From Halorhodospira halophila SL1 (GTDB taxonomy: Bacteria; Pseudomonadota; Gammaproteobacteria; Nitrococcales; Halorhodospiraceae): 32,000 bases of DNA. The notes beneath the pieces are model-generated. The model worked only from the letters and a program-made list of their open reading frames with translations, ran no database searches and was not told the DNA's origin. The stretch lies in assembly GCF_000015585.1 (NCBI RefSeq), contig NC_008789.1:240001-272000 (forward strand). The letters are read 5' to 3'. This document shows, piece after piece, positions 17,794-27,307 of this stretch (position 1 is the stretch's first letter; each line of letters starts with the position of its first letter). The position numbers were made by a program, and so were the translations under genes.

Positions 17794-18999
17794 ATGGAGA
17801 CACGGATCCAACGAAACCACCGCGACACCCCGGCCGGTCGCGACGCCGAAGAGATCCTGCGCAAGTGCACCCACTGCGGCTTCTGCCTGGCCACCTGCCC
17901 CACCTACCAGCTCCAGGGGGATGAGCTGGACAGCCCGCGGGGGCGCATCTACCTGATCAAGCAGGTCCTCGAGGGCCAGACCCCCGGGCCGCGCACCCAG
18001 CACCACCTGGACCGCTGCCTGACCTGCCGGGCCTGCGAGACCACCTGCCCCTCCGGGGTGGAGTACGGCAAGCTCCTCGACCTGGGGCGCGAGCTGGTCG
18101 AGGAGGAGACCGGCCGGCTGCCGAGCCCAGTACGCTGGGGCCTCAAGCGGATCGTCCCCCGCCCCCGGCTCTTCGGCGCCGCCCTGCGTGCCGGCCAGCT
18201 GCTGCGCCCGCTGCTGCCCGCGGTCCTGGCCGAGAAGATCCCGGCACGCCGCCCCGCCCGCGCCTGGCCGATACCCCGCACCCACCCACGCCGCGTGGTG
18301 GTGCTCAAGGGGTGTGTTCAGCCCGGCATCGCCCCCGAGATCAACCCGAGCACCGCGGCGCTGCTCGATCAGCTGGGCATCGAGACGGTTCCCACCCGGG
18401 AGGGGTGCTGCGGTGCCCTCGACCAGCACCTGGCTGAGCCCGCGCGCGCGCGTGCGCGCATGCGCGCCAACATCGACGCCTGGTACCCGGCCCTGGCCGA
18501 CGGCGCCGAGGCGGTGGTGGTCAATGCCAGCGGCTGCGGCGCCCTGGTCAAGGAGTACGGCTACCACCTGCGCGACGACCCGGATTATGCCGAGCGCGCC
18601 CGGCAGGTGGCGGAGCGGGCCATCGACCCCGTGGAGCTGCTGGAGGCCGAAGCCGAACGGCTGCGACCGGCCACGGGGATGCCGCGGCGCATCGCCTTCC
18701 ACAGCCCGTGCTCACTGCAGCACGGCCAGCGTCTGGCCGGTCGGGTGGAGGCGTTGCTACAACGCGTCGGCTTCGAGCTGACACCGGTGACCGACACCCA
18801 CCTGTGCTGCGGCTCGGCAGGCACCTACTCGGTGCTGCAGCCGAAGATGGCCAGGCAGCTGCGCGAGCAGCGCCTCGCCGCCCTAACCGCCGGCAGCCCG
18901 GAGGCCATCGCCACCGCCAACATCGGCTGCCTGGCCCACCTGGCCGCCAAGAGCCCGGTGCCGGTCTGCCACTACGTGGAGTTCCTTGAGGCGGACTGA
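17794..18999 (+). CDS. glcF: Glycolate oxidase iron-sulfur subunit GlcF
   Basis: CTHCGFCLATCPTY and CLTCRACETTCPSG are two 4Fe-4S ferredoxin motifs. DSPRGRIYLIKQVLEG and two CCG-type Cys-rich repeats (CCGA..., CCGSAGTY) are also present. Confidence 0.92.
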   Translation: METRIQRNHRDTPAGRDAEEILRKCTHCGFCLATCPTYQLQGDELDSPRGRIYLIKQVLEGQTPGPRTQHHLDRCLTCRACETTCPSGVEYGKLLDLGRELVEEETGRLPSPVRWGLKRIVPRPRLFGAALRAGQLLRPLLPAVLAEKIPARRPARAWPIPRTHPRRVVVLKGCVQPGIAPEINPSTAALLDQLGIETVPTREGCCGALDQHLAEPARARARMRANIDAWYPALADGAEAVVVNASGCGALVKEYGYHLRDDPDYAERARQVAERAIDPVELLEAEAERLRPATGMPRRIAFHSPCSLQHGQRLAGRVEALLQRVGFELTPVTDTHLCCGSAGTYSVLQPKMARQLREQRLAALTAGSPEAIATANIGCLAHLAAKSPVPVCHYVEFLEAD

Positions 19000-19018
19000 T
19001 CGCCGCCCCGGGAGCGTG

Positions 19019-19837
19019 CTACTCGGCGCCCTCGCGGACCGGCAGCTGCGGGTCGTTCCCCCACTCCGACCAGGATCCGGCGTAGGCCCGGACCCGCTGG
19101 TAGCCCAGGGCGCGCAGGACCACGTAGGTCAGCGACGAGCGGTGGTGGGTCTGGCAGTGGACCACCACCTCCTGCTCCGGGTCGTCGATGCCCCGCTCCC
19201 GGAGCAGCTCCTGGACCTGCGGCGCCGGGCGCAGCAGGGGCGGATCCTCGGGGTCCATCAGCGCCTGCCAGTCCAGATGCACCGCCCCCGGGATATGACC
19301 ACCGCGCCGGGCGCGGACATCGGTACCGGTGTACTCGCCCCGCGAGCGGGCGTCGAGGAACGTCACCCCCGGATCGTCCAGGTGGTCCCGCACCCAGTCG
19401 CGGTCCACCAGGCACTCGGGGTGGCGGACCTGGGCCGGATAGGCGCGGGGCGCCGGGGTCACCTGCCCACCTTCCACCGGCCCCTCCTCGGCCAGCCAGC
19501 CCTGCAGCCCGCCGTTGAGCAGCCCGTGGCGCGGATGGCCGAGCAGGTCCAGCGTCCAAAGCAGGCGGCTCGCCCGCCCGCCGCCGTCGGAGTCGTAGGC
19601 GATCACCGTGACGCCATCATCGATCCCCACCGCACCGAGCCGCTCGGCCAGGGCCGTGGTGTCGGGCACCAGCCCCATCACCGGCGGATCGGCGCGGGTC
19701 AGGTGGCCGTAGGGCAGATGCACCGCCCCGGGGATGTGGGTCTGCCGGTAACGACCGTCGTCGTCCCCGATATCCACCACCAGCACGGCTTCGCGCTCCT
19801 GCAGGACCTGCAGATCGCCCGGCTCGAGCAGCAGCAT
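19019..19837 (-). CDS. rhdA: Tandem-rhodanese thiosulfate sulfurtransferase (RhdA type)
   Basis: It has two rhodanese domains. The C-terminal active-site loop VHCQTHHRSS is identical to the CQTHHRS loop I recall for Azotobacter RhdA. A strong SD (GGGAGGGGAG) precedes ATG 19837. Confidence 0.8.
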   Translation of the reverse strand: MLLLEPGDLQVLQEREAVLVVDIGDDDGRYRQTHIPGAVHLPYGHLTRADPPVMGLVPDTTALAERLGAVGIDDGVTVIAYDSDGGGRASRLLWTLDLLGHPRHGLLNGGLQGWLAEEGPVEGGQVTPAPRAYPAQVRHPECLVDRDWVRDHLDDPGVTFLDARSRGEYTGTDVRARRGGHIPGAVHLDWQALMDPEDPPLLRPAPQVQELLRERGIDDPEQEVVVHCQTHHRSSLTYVVLRALGYQRVRAYAGSWSEWGNDPQLPVREGAE

Positions 19838-19855
19838 GCTCCCCTCCCGCCGGCG

Positions 19856-20407
19856 TCAGGCCGGCATGCGCAGGAACTCGCGCCGGTAATGGCGGAGTTC
19901 ATGGATCGAGTCACGGATGTCGTCCAGGGCCAGGTGGTTGCCGGATTTACGCACCCCTTCCGCCACCTCCGGGGACCAGCGCCGGGCCAGCTCCTTGAGC
20001 GTGCTGACGTCGATATGCCGGTAGTGGAAATAGGCCTCCAGATCCGGCATCCAGCGCGCCAGGAAGCGACGATCCTGGCAGATGCTGTTGCCGCACATCG
20101 GCGAGGTGCGCGCCGGCACGTACTGCTTGAGGAAGGCCAGCACCTGCGCCTCGGCCTCGGCCTCGGTGACCGTGCTCGCCCGCACCCGCTCGGTCAGGCC
20201 GGAACGGCCATGCTGCCGGGTGTTCCACTCGTCCATGCTGTCGAGCAGGGATCGATCCTGGTGGATGGCCAATACCGGCCCCTCGGCGAGGGTGTCGAGG
20301 TTACTGTCGGTAACCACCACTGCAATCTCGATGATCCGGTCGCGACTCGGATCCAGACCGGTCATCTCGAGATCGATCCAGATCAGATTCCATTCGGAGA
20401 AACCCAT
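19856..20407 (-). CDS. orn: Oligoribonuclease
   Basis: [23 protein letters not shown] (DEDDh exo I), [12 protein letters not shown] and [18 protein letters not shown] are present. The protein is 183 aa. Confidence 0.95.
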   Translation of the reverse strand: MGFSEWNLIWIDLEMTGLDPSRDRIIEIAVVVTDSNLDTLAEGPVLAIHQDRSLLDSMDEWNTRQHGRSGLTERVRASTVTEAEAEAQVLAFLKQYVPARTSPMCGNSICQDRRFLARWMPDLEAYFHYRHIDVSTLKELARRWSPEVAEGVRKSGNHLALDDIRDSIHELRHYRREFLRMPA

Positions 20408-20466
20408 ACGTTTGCTCTTGCCTGCGCGTGAGTGATTCAGTCTAGCACCGCGCCGGCCCCCAGGCG

Positions 20467-21507
20467 TTACCAGGTCTCCGGCTCGGCCGGCGGCTCCAGG
20501 TCGGGCATCTCCACCTCCGGGGCCGCCTCGTCGTCGTCCGGCGCTTCCTCGGCCGCGTCGTCGGCCTCCGGCGCCTCGTCCCCGGTCTCGGGGACGGTCT
20601 CCTCGACCTCATCGAGCCCCTCCTCGATCCGCCGCTCCTCCGGGGTGAGCAGCTCCCGCGGACGGCGCGGCAGGGCGTCGAGAGTCTGCTCATCGGGGTC
20701 GATGCGCCGCTCGCGCTCGGCGATGCCCTGCACCGCCTCGCGGCTGAGCAGCACCACGGAGATCCGGCGATTGATATCGGCGCGGGGGTCGTCCGGGTCG
20801 AAGGGTACGGTATCGGCATAGCCGACCACCTGACCGATGCGCTCGGCGGGCAACCCGCCGTCGAGCAGGGTCAGCCGGGCCGCGTTGGCCCGATCGGTGG
20901 ACAGCGACCAGTTGTCGTAATCGTCGCGGGCGAAGGGTCGGGCGTCGGTGTGGCCGGAGAGCGAGACCGGATTCGGCACATCCTCCAGCACCCGGGCCAG
21001 GGCGCGGAGGATCTCCTCGGTATGCTCCCTGGGGTCGGCGCTGCCGAGCTCGAACATCGGCCGCCCGTCGTGGTCGACAAGCTGGATGCGCAGCCCGTCG
21101 TCGGTGATCTCCAGCAGGATCTGATCGGCGTACTCGGCCAGGTCCGGGTCGTCAAGCACGGCGTCCTGGAACTGCTCGGCCAGCTCCTGCATCTCTTCGG
21201 TGGGGATAAAACCGCCCTGACCCATGGGCAGCCCGCTGAGATCAATGGGAGCGCGGCGCTCGCCCTCAAAGTCGATGATATCCCGCGAGGCGGGCGGATG
21301 CGCCGCCTGCGGGTCGCGGAAGTACTGCCCGATGCCCTGGCGCTGATCGTCATCCAGGGCGAGCAGCAGCCACAGGACCAGGAAGATGGCGAACATCGCC
21401 GTCATGAAGTCAGCGAAGGCGATCTTCCACGAGCCACCGTGGTGATCGTCGCCGTGCTTCGCCACCTTCTTGATGACGACCGGGCGGGTCTTGTTCTCCT
21501 CGACCAT
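20467..21507 (-). CDS. motB: Flagellar stator protein MotB (OmpA-like C-domain) with an acidic C-terminal extension
   Basis: [27 protein letters not shown] is the MotB plug/TM with the conserved Asp. [11 protein letters not shown]...[12 protein letters not shown]...NRRISVVLL is the OmpA-like peptidoglycan-binding domain. About 90 extra residues rich in E/D/P/A follow it. Confidence 0.9.
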   Translation of the reverse strand: MVEENKTRPVVIKKVAKHGDDHHGGSWKIAFADFMTAMFAIFLVLWLLLALDDDQRQGIGQYFRDPQAAHPPASRDIIDFEGERRAPIDLSGLPMGQGGFIPTEEMQELAEQFQDAVLDDPDLAEYADQILLEITDDGLRIQLVDHDGRPMFELGSADPREHTEEILRALARVLEDVPNPVSLSGHTDARPFARDDYDNWSLSTDRANAARLTLLDGGLPAERIGQVVGYADTVPFDPDDPRADINRRISVVLLSREAVQGIAERERRIDPDEQTLDALPRRPRELLTPEERRIEEGLDEVEETVPETGDEAPEADDAAEEAPDDDEAAPEVEMPDLEPPAEPETW

Positions 21508-21522
21508 GGGGCGCGGCTGCCC

Positions 21523-22395
21523 TTATGCGTCCTGACTGCGGGCGGCCTGCATCTTCACGTGCTCCTCGAGCTCGAAGAAGGTCGGTCGCTCCGCCTCGTA
21601 CATGGCCTTGCGGCCGAACTCCACCGCCACCACCGGCTTGTAGCCGTTGAGCACCGCCAGCAGCGTGAGCTTGATGGTCTCCAGGAACTTGGTCTGCTCC
21701 GCAGCGCGATTGTCCATGGCCTGCCCCAACGGCCCGACGAAGGCGTAGCCGGCGAAGATGCCGGTGAACGTCCCGACCAGCGCCGAGGCCACCAGTCCGC
21801 CGATGGTCATGACGTCCTCGTCCAGGGAGCCGAGGGCAATGACGACGCCGAGCAGCGCGGCGATGATGCCGAAACCGGGCATGGCGTCGGCCACCTTGTT
21901 CACCGCCGCCGCCGGCTGCGCCGCCTCTTTGTGGTGAGTCTCGATCTCCACGTCCATGAGGTTCTCCATCTCGAAGGGGTTCATGTTGCCCCCCACCATG
22001 AGACGGAGATAGTCGCAGAGGAACTCCAGGGCGACGTGGTCATTGAGGATGCGCGGGTAGGACTTGAACAGCTCGCTCTCGTGGGGGTTGTCTACGTCAT
22101 CCTCGATGGACAGCAGCCCGTCCCGCTGGGCGCGCTGAAAGATCTCGTAGAGCAGCGCCAGCAGATCCATGTAGTGCTCGCGCCCGTAGGGCGAGCCGCC
22201 GGGGATCTTGGGGACGGTGCTCAGGACGCGTTTGATCACCTTCATGGGGTTGGCGATCATGAAACCGCCGATGGCCGCACCGAAGATGATCAGGAACTCG
22301 TAGGGCTGCCAGAGGATGGCCAGCGGGCCGCCGTGGGCGGCATAGCCGACGATCACCGAGAAGAACGCGATGGCGGCGCCAATAATAACCAGCAT
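21523..22395 (-). CDS. motA: Flagellar stator protein MotA
   Basis: It has a typical four-TM MotA organisation. PGFGIIAALLGVV and VASALVGTFTGIFAGYAFVGP are the conserved TM3/TM4 region. The gene lies 15 nt upstream of motB. Confidence 0.92.
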   Translation of the reverse strand: MLVIIGAAIAFFSVIVGYAAHGGPLAILWQPYEFLIIFGAAIGGFMIANPMKVIKRVLSTVPKIPGGSPYGREHYMDLLALLYEIFQRAQRDGLLSIEDDVDNPHESELFKSYPRILNDHVALEFLCDYLRLMVGGNMNPFEMENLMDVEIETHHKEAAQPAAAVNKVADAMPGFGIIAALLGVVIALGSLDEDVMTIGGLVASALVGTFTGIFAGYAFVGPLGQAMDNRAAEQTKFLETIKLTLLAVLNGYKPVVAVEFGRKAMYEAERPTFFELEEHVKMQAARSQDA

Positions 22396-22530
22396 GTGTG
22401 CCTGCCTGCCCCCCTGTGGCTGCTGGCTTGAAGAAGCGACGAGGCCAGTCTAACCGATCAACCTTGCCAGGGCAGCGCCTTTCGACGTTCGTCCATTCCC
22501 GGACTCGCCCAAGGGCCCTACAATGGCGCC

Positions 22531-24024
22531 ATGGACAAAGTCTTTGAACACCCCCGGCAGCGGCTGGAGGACTGGGTCGCGGCCATCGGCGGGCCGCGGC
22601 TACCGCGCCTGCCCCGGCACACACTGGATTACGAACTGCCGCCCCGCGACCTGGCCGCACAGATCTATGTGGACCCGGCCCTGGTCCTGGGGCTGATCCA
22701 CGACGTCAACACCCACGCCTCGCGCCACCTCGACTCGGGCGTGCACAGCATGGAAGAAGCCGTGCTGCTGCGCGGGGTGCGCAACATCCGCGCAGTGGCC
22801 GACGGCCTGCCCCAGGCCGAGCAGGCCCTGACCCGGGCCAACTACCGCGGCTACCTGTTCACCTGCGAGCGGGCCATCCACGCCGCCTGCCAGGCCCGGC
22901 GCTGGGCGTGGCAGCTGGCCGACCTACTCCCCAACGAGGTCTACACCGCCGCCCTCCTGCGCCACACCGCCGAGTTGGTCATGTGGAGCCACGACGACGG
23001 GCAGGTAATGCGCACCATCCACGAGATGGCCCCGGAGCCGGCCTACGCCTCGGAGGCCGAGTACGTCGCCCTCGGTTTCTCCCTGGGCGAGCTCAACCTG
23101 GCCCTGGCCCAGCAGTGGCAACTACCCGGCCTGGTGGCCGAATCCAGCGAGGCGCTGGCCGCCGACACCCGTTCGCCGCGCAGCTGGGCGGTGGGTCTGG
23201 CCTCGCGCCTGGCCGCCCTGGCCCGCCAGGGCTGGCGCCACCCGGAGATGCCGCCCCTGCTCGACGCCCTCTCGGAGCTGCTGGAGCTCGACCACGAGGC
23301 CACCCAGGCCGAGATCTCCGCCGGCGCTGCCGAGGCCGCCGCGCTGCTGCCCTGGAAGCCCGTGACCTTCGCCCCGCTGCTCACCGAGGGCGAGGAAGAC
23401 GGCGAGGCCCGCGCGCCGATCAGCGAGACCTCGGACAACCCCTACCTCTCCGACGGCACCGCCAAGGGCGGCGTCTGCCTCGCCCCCCGCCGCGCGGTGT
23501 TCGAGCGGGTGCGCAGCGAGCTCGAGACGCAGGATTACGCCCGCTCCGAGGCGCAGATGCGCCGCCGGCAGGGGCGGGTCACGCCCCGCGATTGCATCCT
23601 CAACCTGGTGGTCACCGGGCTCTACGAAGGCCTCGGCCTGAGCCGGGTGCTCTACGCCCAGATGCTCCCCGACGGCGAAACCCTGGCCGGACGGTACGTC
23701 CTCGGCGCCGCCGGCGATCCGAACTTCCACCGCTTCCGGGTGGACCTCGCCCGCCCCTCGCTCCTGCAGGAACTGATGGCGAAGCCGGCGGCGGTGTGGC
23801 TGACGCCGCAGCGCTACCAGCGCGTCCAGCACCGGATCCCCCCCGCCCTGCACGCCCTCGCCGACGGCCGCTCGGCCTTCCTGGCCGCAATCTTCGCCGG
23901 CGGCCAGCCCCAGGGGATGGTCTACGCCGACCGCCACCGCATCGACAACGCCCTCGACGAGGCGAGTTTCAAGGCCTTCCGGCGGCTCTGCGCCCTTGGC
24001 GGCCAGCGGCTCGCCGAGCTGTAA
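22531..24024 (+). CDS. HDOD-domain signalling protein with a GAF-like C-terminal region
   Basis: The N-terminal half follows the HDOD pattern (DPALVLGLIHDVN..., MEEAVLLRGVRNIR, VYTAALLRHTAELVMW, VALGFSLGELNLALAQQWQLPGLV). The C-terminal roughly 150 aa (LGLSRVLYAQML...GMVYADR) looks GAF-like by eye. No SD precedes ATG 22531. Confidence 0.6.
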   Translation: MDKVFEHPRQRLEDWVAAIGGPRLPRLPRHTLDYELPPRDLAAQIYVDPALVLGLIHDVNTHASRHLDSGVHSMEEAVLLRGVRNIRAVADGLPQAEQALTRANYRGYLFTCERAIHAACQARRWAWQLADLLPNEVYTAALLRHTAELVMWSHDDGQVMRTIHEMAPEPAYASEAEYVALGFSLGELNLALAQQWQLPGLVAESSEALAADTRSPRSWAVGLASRLAALARQGWRHPEMPPLLDALSELLELDHEATQAEISAGAAEAAALLPWKPVTFAPLLTEGEEDGEARAPISETSDNPYLSDGTAKGGVCLAPRRAVFERVRSELETQDYARSEAQMRRRQGRVTPRDCILNLVVTGLYEGLGLSRVLYAQMLPDGETLAGRYVLGAAGDPNFHRFRVDLARPSLLQELMAKPAAVWLTPQRYQRVQHRIPPALHALADGRSAFLAAIFAGGQPQGMVYADRHRIDNALDEASFKAFRRLCALGGQRLAEL

Positions 24025-24042
24025 CCGCCGCGGCCGCGCCGG

Positions 24043-24387
24043 TCAGCCCGGCGGCCAGGTCATCTGCCGACCACCGATCAGGTGGAGGTGCAAGTGGTGG
24101 ACCTCCTGCCCGCCCTCGTCCTTACAATTAAAGACCGTGCGATAGCCGCGCTCGCCCAGGCCCTCCTGCTCGGCCAGGGTGCGCGCCACGGTGAACATCT
24201 CGTTGAGCAGCTCGCCGTCGGCGGCGGTCAGGTCGTGCAGCGTGGGCACGTGGCGCCGCGGGATGATCAGGATATGGGTCGGCGCCTGGGGGTGGAGATC
24301 GCGGAAGGCGATCACCTGCTCGCCGCTGTGGACGATCTCCGACGGCAGTTCGCCGGCGACGATCTTGCAGAAGATACAGTCGGTCAT
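24043..24387 (-). CDS. HIT-family (histidine triad) nucleotide-binding protein
   Basis: MTDCIFCKIVAGELPSEIV, FRDLHPQAPTHILIIPRRH and the HHLHLHLIGG histidine triad are present, 114 aa in total. ATG 24387 is preceded by AGGAGA. The rest of the 313-aa maximal ORF overlaps recR and is a shadow. Confidence 0.9.
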   Translation of the reverse strand: MTDCIFCKIVAGELPSEIVHSGEQVIAFRDLHPQAPTHILIIPRRHVPTLHDLTAADGELLNEMFTVARTLAEQEGLGERGYRTVFNCKDEGGQEVHHLHLHLIGGRQMTWPPG

Positions 24388-24412
24388 CGGTGTCTCCTTT
24401 TCCGGCCGATGC

Positions 24413-25018
24413 TCAGCCCTCGTAGTCCCGCCGCCCCATGAAGGCGTGGGAGAGGGTGCCCTGGTCCACCTGCTCGAGGGCGCCGCCCATCGGCACCCCG
24501 TGGGCGATCCGCGTGGTGCGCACCCCGCGCTCGGCGGCCAGGCTCTGGACGTAGTGGGCGGTGGCCTCGCCCTCAATGGTGGGGTTGGTAGCGAGGATGA
24601 TCTCCTCGACCTCACCGGCCTCCAACCGCTGCTGCAGCCGGTCCAGCCCCAGCTCCTCCGGGCCGATGCCGTCCAGGGGCGACAGCGCCCCGCCGAGGAC
24701 GAAGTACAGCCCCTGGAAGTCCGTGGCCTGCTCGAGGGCGAAGACGTCGGCGCTGCTCTCCACCACGCACAGCAGCGTCCGGCGGCGCTGCGGACTGGCG
24801 CACAGCCCGCAGCGCTCTTCCTCCGTGAGCAGGCCGCACTCGGGGCAGTGCCCCACCCCGTCCACCGCCCGCTGCAGGGCGTCGGCCAGCTGCCGGGCGC
24901 CGTCCCGGTCGCGCTGGAGCAGGTGCAGCGCCATGCGCTGCGCCGTCTTGGCGCCCACCCCGGGCAGCCGGCGCAGCCCCTCAACCAGCTCGCGCAGCCG
25001 CGGCGAGTAGACGCTCAT
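24413..25018 (-). CDS. recR: Recombination protein RecR
   Basis: [17 protein letters not shown] (HhH), [16 protein letters not shown] (Cys4 zinc finger) and the Toprim region [12 protein letters not shown]...[13 protein letters not shown] are present. Confidence 0.97.
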   Translation of the reverse strand: MSVYSPRLRELVEGLRRLPGVGAKTAQRMALHLLQRDRDGARQLADALQRAVDGVGHCPECGLLTEEERCGLCASPQRRRTLLCVVESSADVFALEQATDFQGLYFVLGGALSPLDGIGPEELGLDRLQQRLEAGEVEEIILATNPTIEGEATAHYVQSLAAERGVRTTRIAHGVPMGGALEQVDQGTLSHAFMGRRDYEG

Positions 25019-25028
25019 CGGCTGCCGC

Positions 25029-25352
25029 TCAGAACGGCAGCTTCATCCCCGGGGGCAGGCCCATGCCCTCGGCCATGCCCGACATGCGCTCCTGGCTCTC
25101 GCGCTGGACCTTCTGCACGGCGTCGTTGACCGCCGCCGCCACCAGGTCCTCGACCATCTCGCGGTCGTCCTCGAACAGCGAGGGGTCGATCTCCACCTTG
25201 CGCACCTCGTTGCGCCCGGTCATCGTTACCTTGACCATGCCGGCCCCGGCCTCGCCGCTGACCTCCATGGCGGCGATCTCCTCCTGGGCCTTCTGCATGT
25301 CCTCCTGCATCTTCTGGGCCTGCTTCATGATGTTGCCGAGTCCGCCCTTCAT
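25029..25352 (-). CDS. ybaB: Nucleoid-associated protein YbaB/EbfC
   Basis: [26 protein letters not shown]...[15 protein letters not shown]...[17 protein letters not shown] is the canonical YbaB sequence, 107 aa, lying between dnaX and recR. Confidence 0.95.
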   Translation of the reverse strand: MKGGLGNIMKQAQKMQEDMQKAQEEIAAMEVSGEAGAGMVKVTMTGRNEVRKVEIDPSLFEDDREMVEDLVAAAVNDAVQKVQRESQERMSGMAEGMGLPPGMKLPF

Positions 25353-25376
25353 CGCCTTCTACCTCGATCCTTGTCG

Positions 25377-27041
25377 CTACGGATGGTTGCCTTCGCCGTC
25401 CGCCGGCCGCACGCCGTGGAGCTGGCCGTCGAAGGCCTCGCACAGCCCCTGCAACGCCGGGTCCCCGGCCAGGGCCTGTTCGGCTTCGGCCTGACGCTCC
25501 TGCGCCTGCTGCCGCTCGGCCATCGCCGGCGTCCACCGGGTGGGGCCGATGTCGATCTGCAGGGTGATCGTCTCACCGAAGGCCTCGCCGAGGGCCGTCT
25601 GCAGCCGCTCACGCCGCTCGGCGTTGTTCAGGTATTCGTGACTCTCGTCCAGGCGCAGGATAACACGCGCCCCCTCGCGGCCGACCCACTCGCAGTGGGC
25701 GGCGATCATGCGCAGCGGGCCACTCAGCCCACCGACGATCTGCGTCCAGCGGGCCACCGCGTCCTCATCGGTCGCGCCCTCCGCACCCACGGCCTCGCCC
25801 GGGGGTGGCGCGGCCGGCTCGGGGGGCGCCACGCCGGCCGAGGCGTTCGCCGCGGGCCCGCCACCGGCCTGGGCACCGCCCCCGCCGGCCACCGGGGCGC
25901 CGCCATCCGTCCCCGAGCGGCCGCCGTCCGTCGGCGCCGCCACCCGGGGCGCGCCCTCCGCCGGGCGGAAGGCGTGCATGCGCAGCAGGGCCATCTCGAA
26001 GCCGGTGGCCGGATCCGGTGCGTAGGGCAGATCGCGGCGGGCGTTGACGCCGATCTGGTAGTAGAGCTGCAGATCCTCGGCATCGATGCGCTCGGCCAGG
26101 GCCAGCAGCCGATCGCGCTCGGGCTCGTCGTCGCCGATGGCCGACGGCACCTGCTGCGCCAGGGCCAGGCTGTGGACGGTGGCCACCAGCTCGGCCAGCG
26201 CCTCGTCAAAATCCGCCGCCACCTCGGCCATGTGCCGCGCCGCCGTCACCAGCGCCGCGCCGTCGCCGTCGGCCAGGGCGGTGAGCACCTCCAGCACGTG
26301 GCGGCGCTCGATGGCGCCGAGCATCGCCGCCACCTCGTCGTCCCGGGCCGCCCCCTCACCGAAGGCGAGGGCCTGATCGAGCAGGCTCAGGGCGTCGCGC
26401 AGGCTGCCGTCGGCGGCCCGGGCCAGCCGCGCCGCGGCGCCGGCGTCCACCGTCACCCCCTCCTCCTCGGCCAGAGCCAGCAGCCGATCGCGGATCAGGG
26501 TGCTGGAGAGCCGGCGCAGGTGGAACTGCAGGCAGCGTGAGAGCACCGTCACCGGCAGCTTCTGCGGGTCCGTGGTGGCCAGCAGGAACTTCACGTGGTC
26601 CGGCGGCTCCTCCAGCGTCTTCAACAGCGCGTTGAAGCTGTGGCTGGAGAGCATGTGGACCTCGTCGATGAGGTAGATCTTGAACCGCCCGCGGGTCGGG
26701 GCGTACTGGACGTTATCCAGCAGCTCGCGGGTGTCCTCCACCTTGGTGCGCGAGGCGGCGTCGACCTCGATCAGATCAACGAAGCGCCCGGCGTCCAGCT
26801 CGCGGCAGCTGTCGCAGGTACCGCACGGTTCGGCGGTGATGCCGTGCTCGCAGTTGAGGCACTTGGCGAGGATGCGCGCCACGGTCGTCTTGCCGACCCC
26901 GCGGGTGCCGCTGAACAGGTAGGCGTGGTGCAGACGGCCGTCGGCCAGGGCGTTGGCCAGCGCGCGCAGGACGTGCTCCTGGCCGGCCACGTCTTCGAAG
27001 CGGCGGGGCCGCCACTTGCGCGCAAGGGCTTGGTAGGTCAT
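25377..27041 (-). CDS. dnaX: DNA polymerase III subunit tau/gamma
   Basis: YQALARKWRPRRFEDVAGQEHV, GTRGVGKTTVARILAK (P-loop), the CEHGITAEPCGTCDSC zinc module, IYLIDEVHMLS and SRCLQF are present. An Ala/Gly/Pro-rich linker precedes the C-terminal domain. Confidence 0.95.
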   Translation of the reverse strand: MTYQALARKWRPRRFEDVAGQEHVLRALANALADGRLHHAYLFSGTRGVGKTTVARILAKCLNCEHGITAEPCGTCDSCRELDAGRFVDLIEVDAASRTKVEDTRELLDNVQYAPTRGRFKIYLIDEVHMLSSHSFNALLKTLEEPPDHVKFLLATTDPQKLPVTVLSRCLQFHLRRLSSTLIRDRLLALAEEEGVTVDAGAAARLARAADGSLRDALSLLDQALAFGEGAARDDEVAAMLGAIERRHVLEVLTALADGDGAALVTAARHMAEVAADFDEALAELVATVHSLALAQQVPSAIGDDEPERDRLLALAERIDAEDLQLYYQIGVNARRDLPYAPDPATGFEMALLRMHAFRPAEGAPRVAAPTDGGRSGTDGGAPVAGGGGAQAGGGPAANASAGVAPPEPAAPPPGEAVGAEGATDEDAVARWTQIVGGLSGPLRMIAAHCEWVGREGARVILRLDESHEYLNNAERRERLQTALGEAFGETITLQIDIGPTRWTPAMAERQQAQERQAEAEQALAGDPALQGLCEAFDGQLHGVRPADGEGNHP

Positions 27042-27060
27042 GCCGACGGCGGCTCCGGTT

Positions 27061-27178
27061 GGGTGGAGGCAGCCACACCAGCCACACCCCGGCGCCCGAG
27101 GATCGCTGCTGCCGCTGCTCCCTTCCGGGCCTGACGGGGTTCACAGCGACTCGTCGCGGGGGGACCGGTGCAGCCACC
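27061..27178 (-). ncRNA. ffs: Signal recognition particle RNA (4.5S RNA)
   Basis: The minus strand reads GGUGGCUGCACC...CGUCAGGCCCGGAAGGGAGCAGCGGCAG...GGCUGCCUCCACCC. It contains the conserved domain IV core GUCAGGNCCGGAAGGNAGCAGC with the GGAA tetraloop. The 5' GGUGGC pairs with 3' GCCUCC, followed by an ACCC tail as in E. coli 4.5S RNA. Each end is uncertain by a few nt. Confidence 0.8.
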
Positions 27179-27184
27179 ATCGCC

Positions 27185-27272
<88 letters not shown>

Positions 27273-27307
27273 TGAGTCGCCAATCGCCGTGACGATTGGA
27301 GCGCAAG

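Noticed and set aside
15320-18702. Long ORFs opposite or off-frame to glcD/E/F (15320-16678 minus, 15334-16488 plus, 16528-17553 minus, 17554-18702 minus)
   Set aside because: They are shadow frames of the glcDEF genes, and their composition is dominated by G/A/R/P.
20950-22431. 493-aa plus-strand ORF across motB and motA
   Set aside because: It is antisense to two genes with clear MotA and MotB signatures. A real gene would not span their intergenic junction.
22396-22530. Sigma-28 (TAAA-N15-GCCGATAA) promoter for motAB
   Set aside because: The best matches (for example ACCGATCA at about 22453 on the plus strand) are on the wrong strand or lack a -35 element at correct spacing. No call made.
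24388-24984. N-terminal 199-aa extension of the HIT ORF (maximal ORF 24043-24984)
   Set aside because: The extension overlaps recR in another frame and is Arg/Pro/Trp-rich. The HIT domain begins at MTDCIFCK with a good SD at ATG 24387.
25377-27041. Programmed -1 frameshift site in dnaX (A AAA AAG type) that would give a gamma subunit
   Set aside because: I scanned the gene for CTTTTTT on the plus strand (AAAAAAG on the coding strand) and saw none. No slippery heptamer is evident, so I make no claim.
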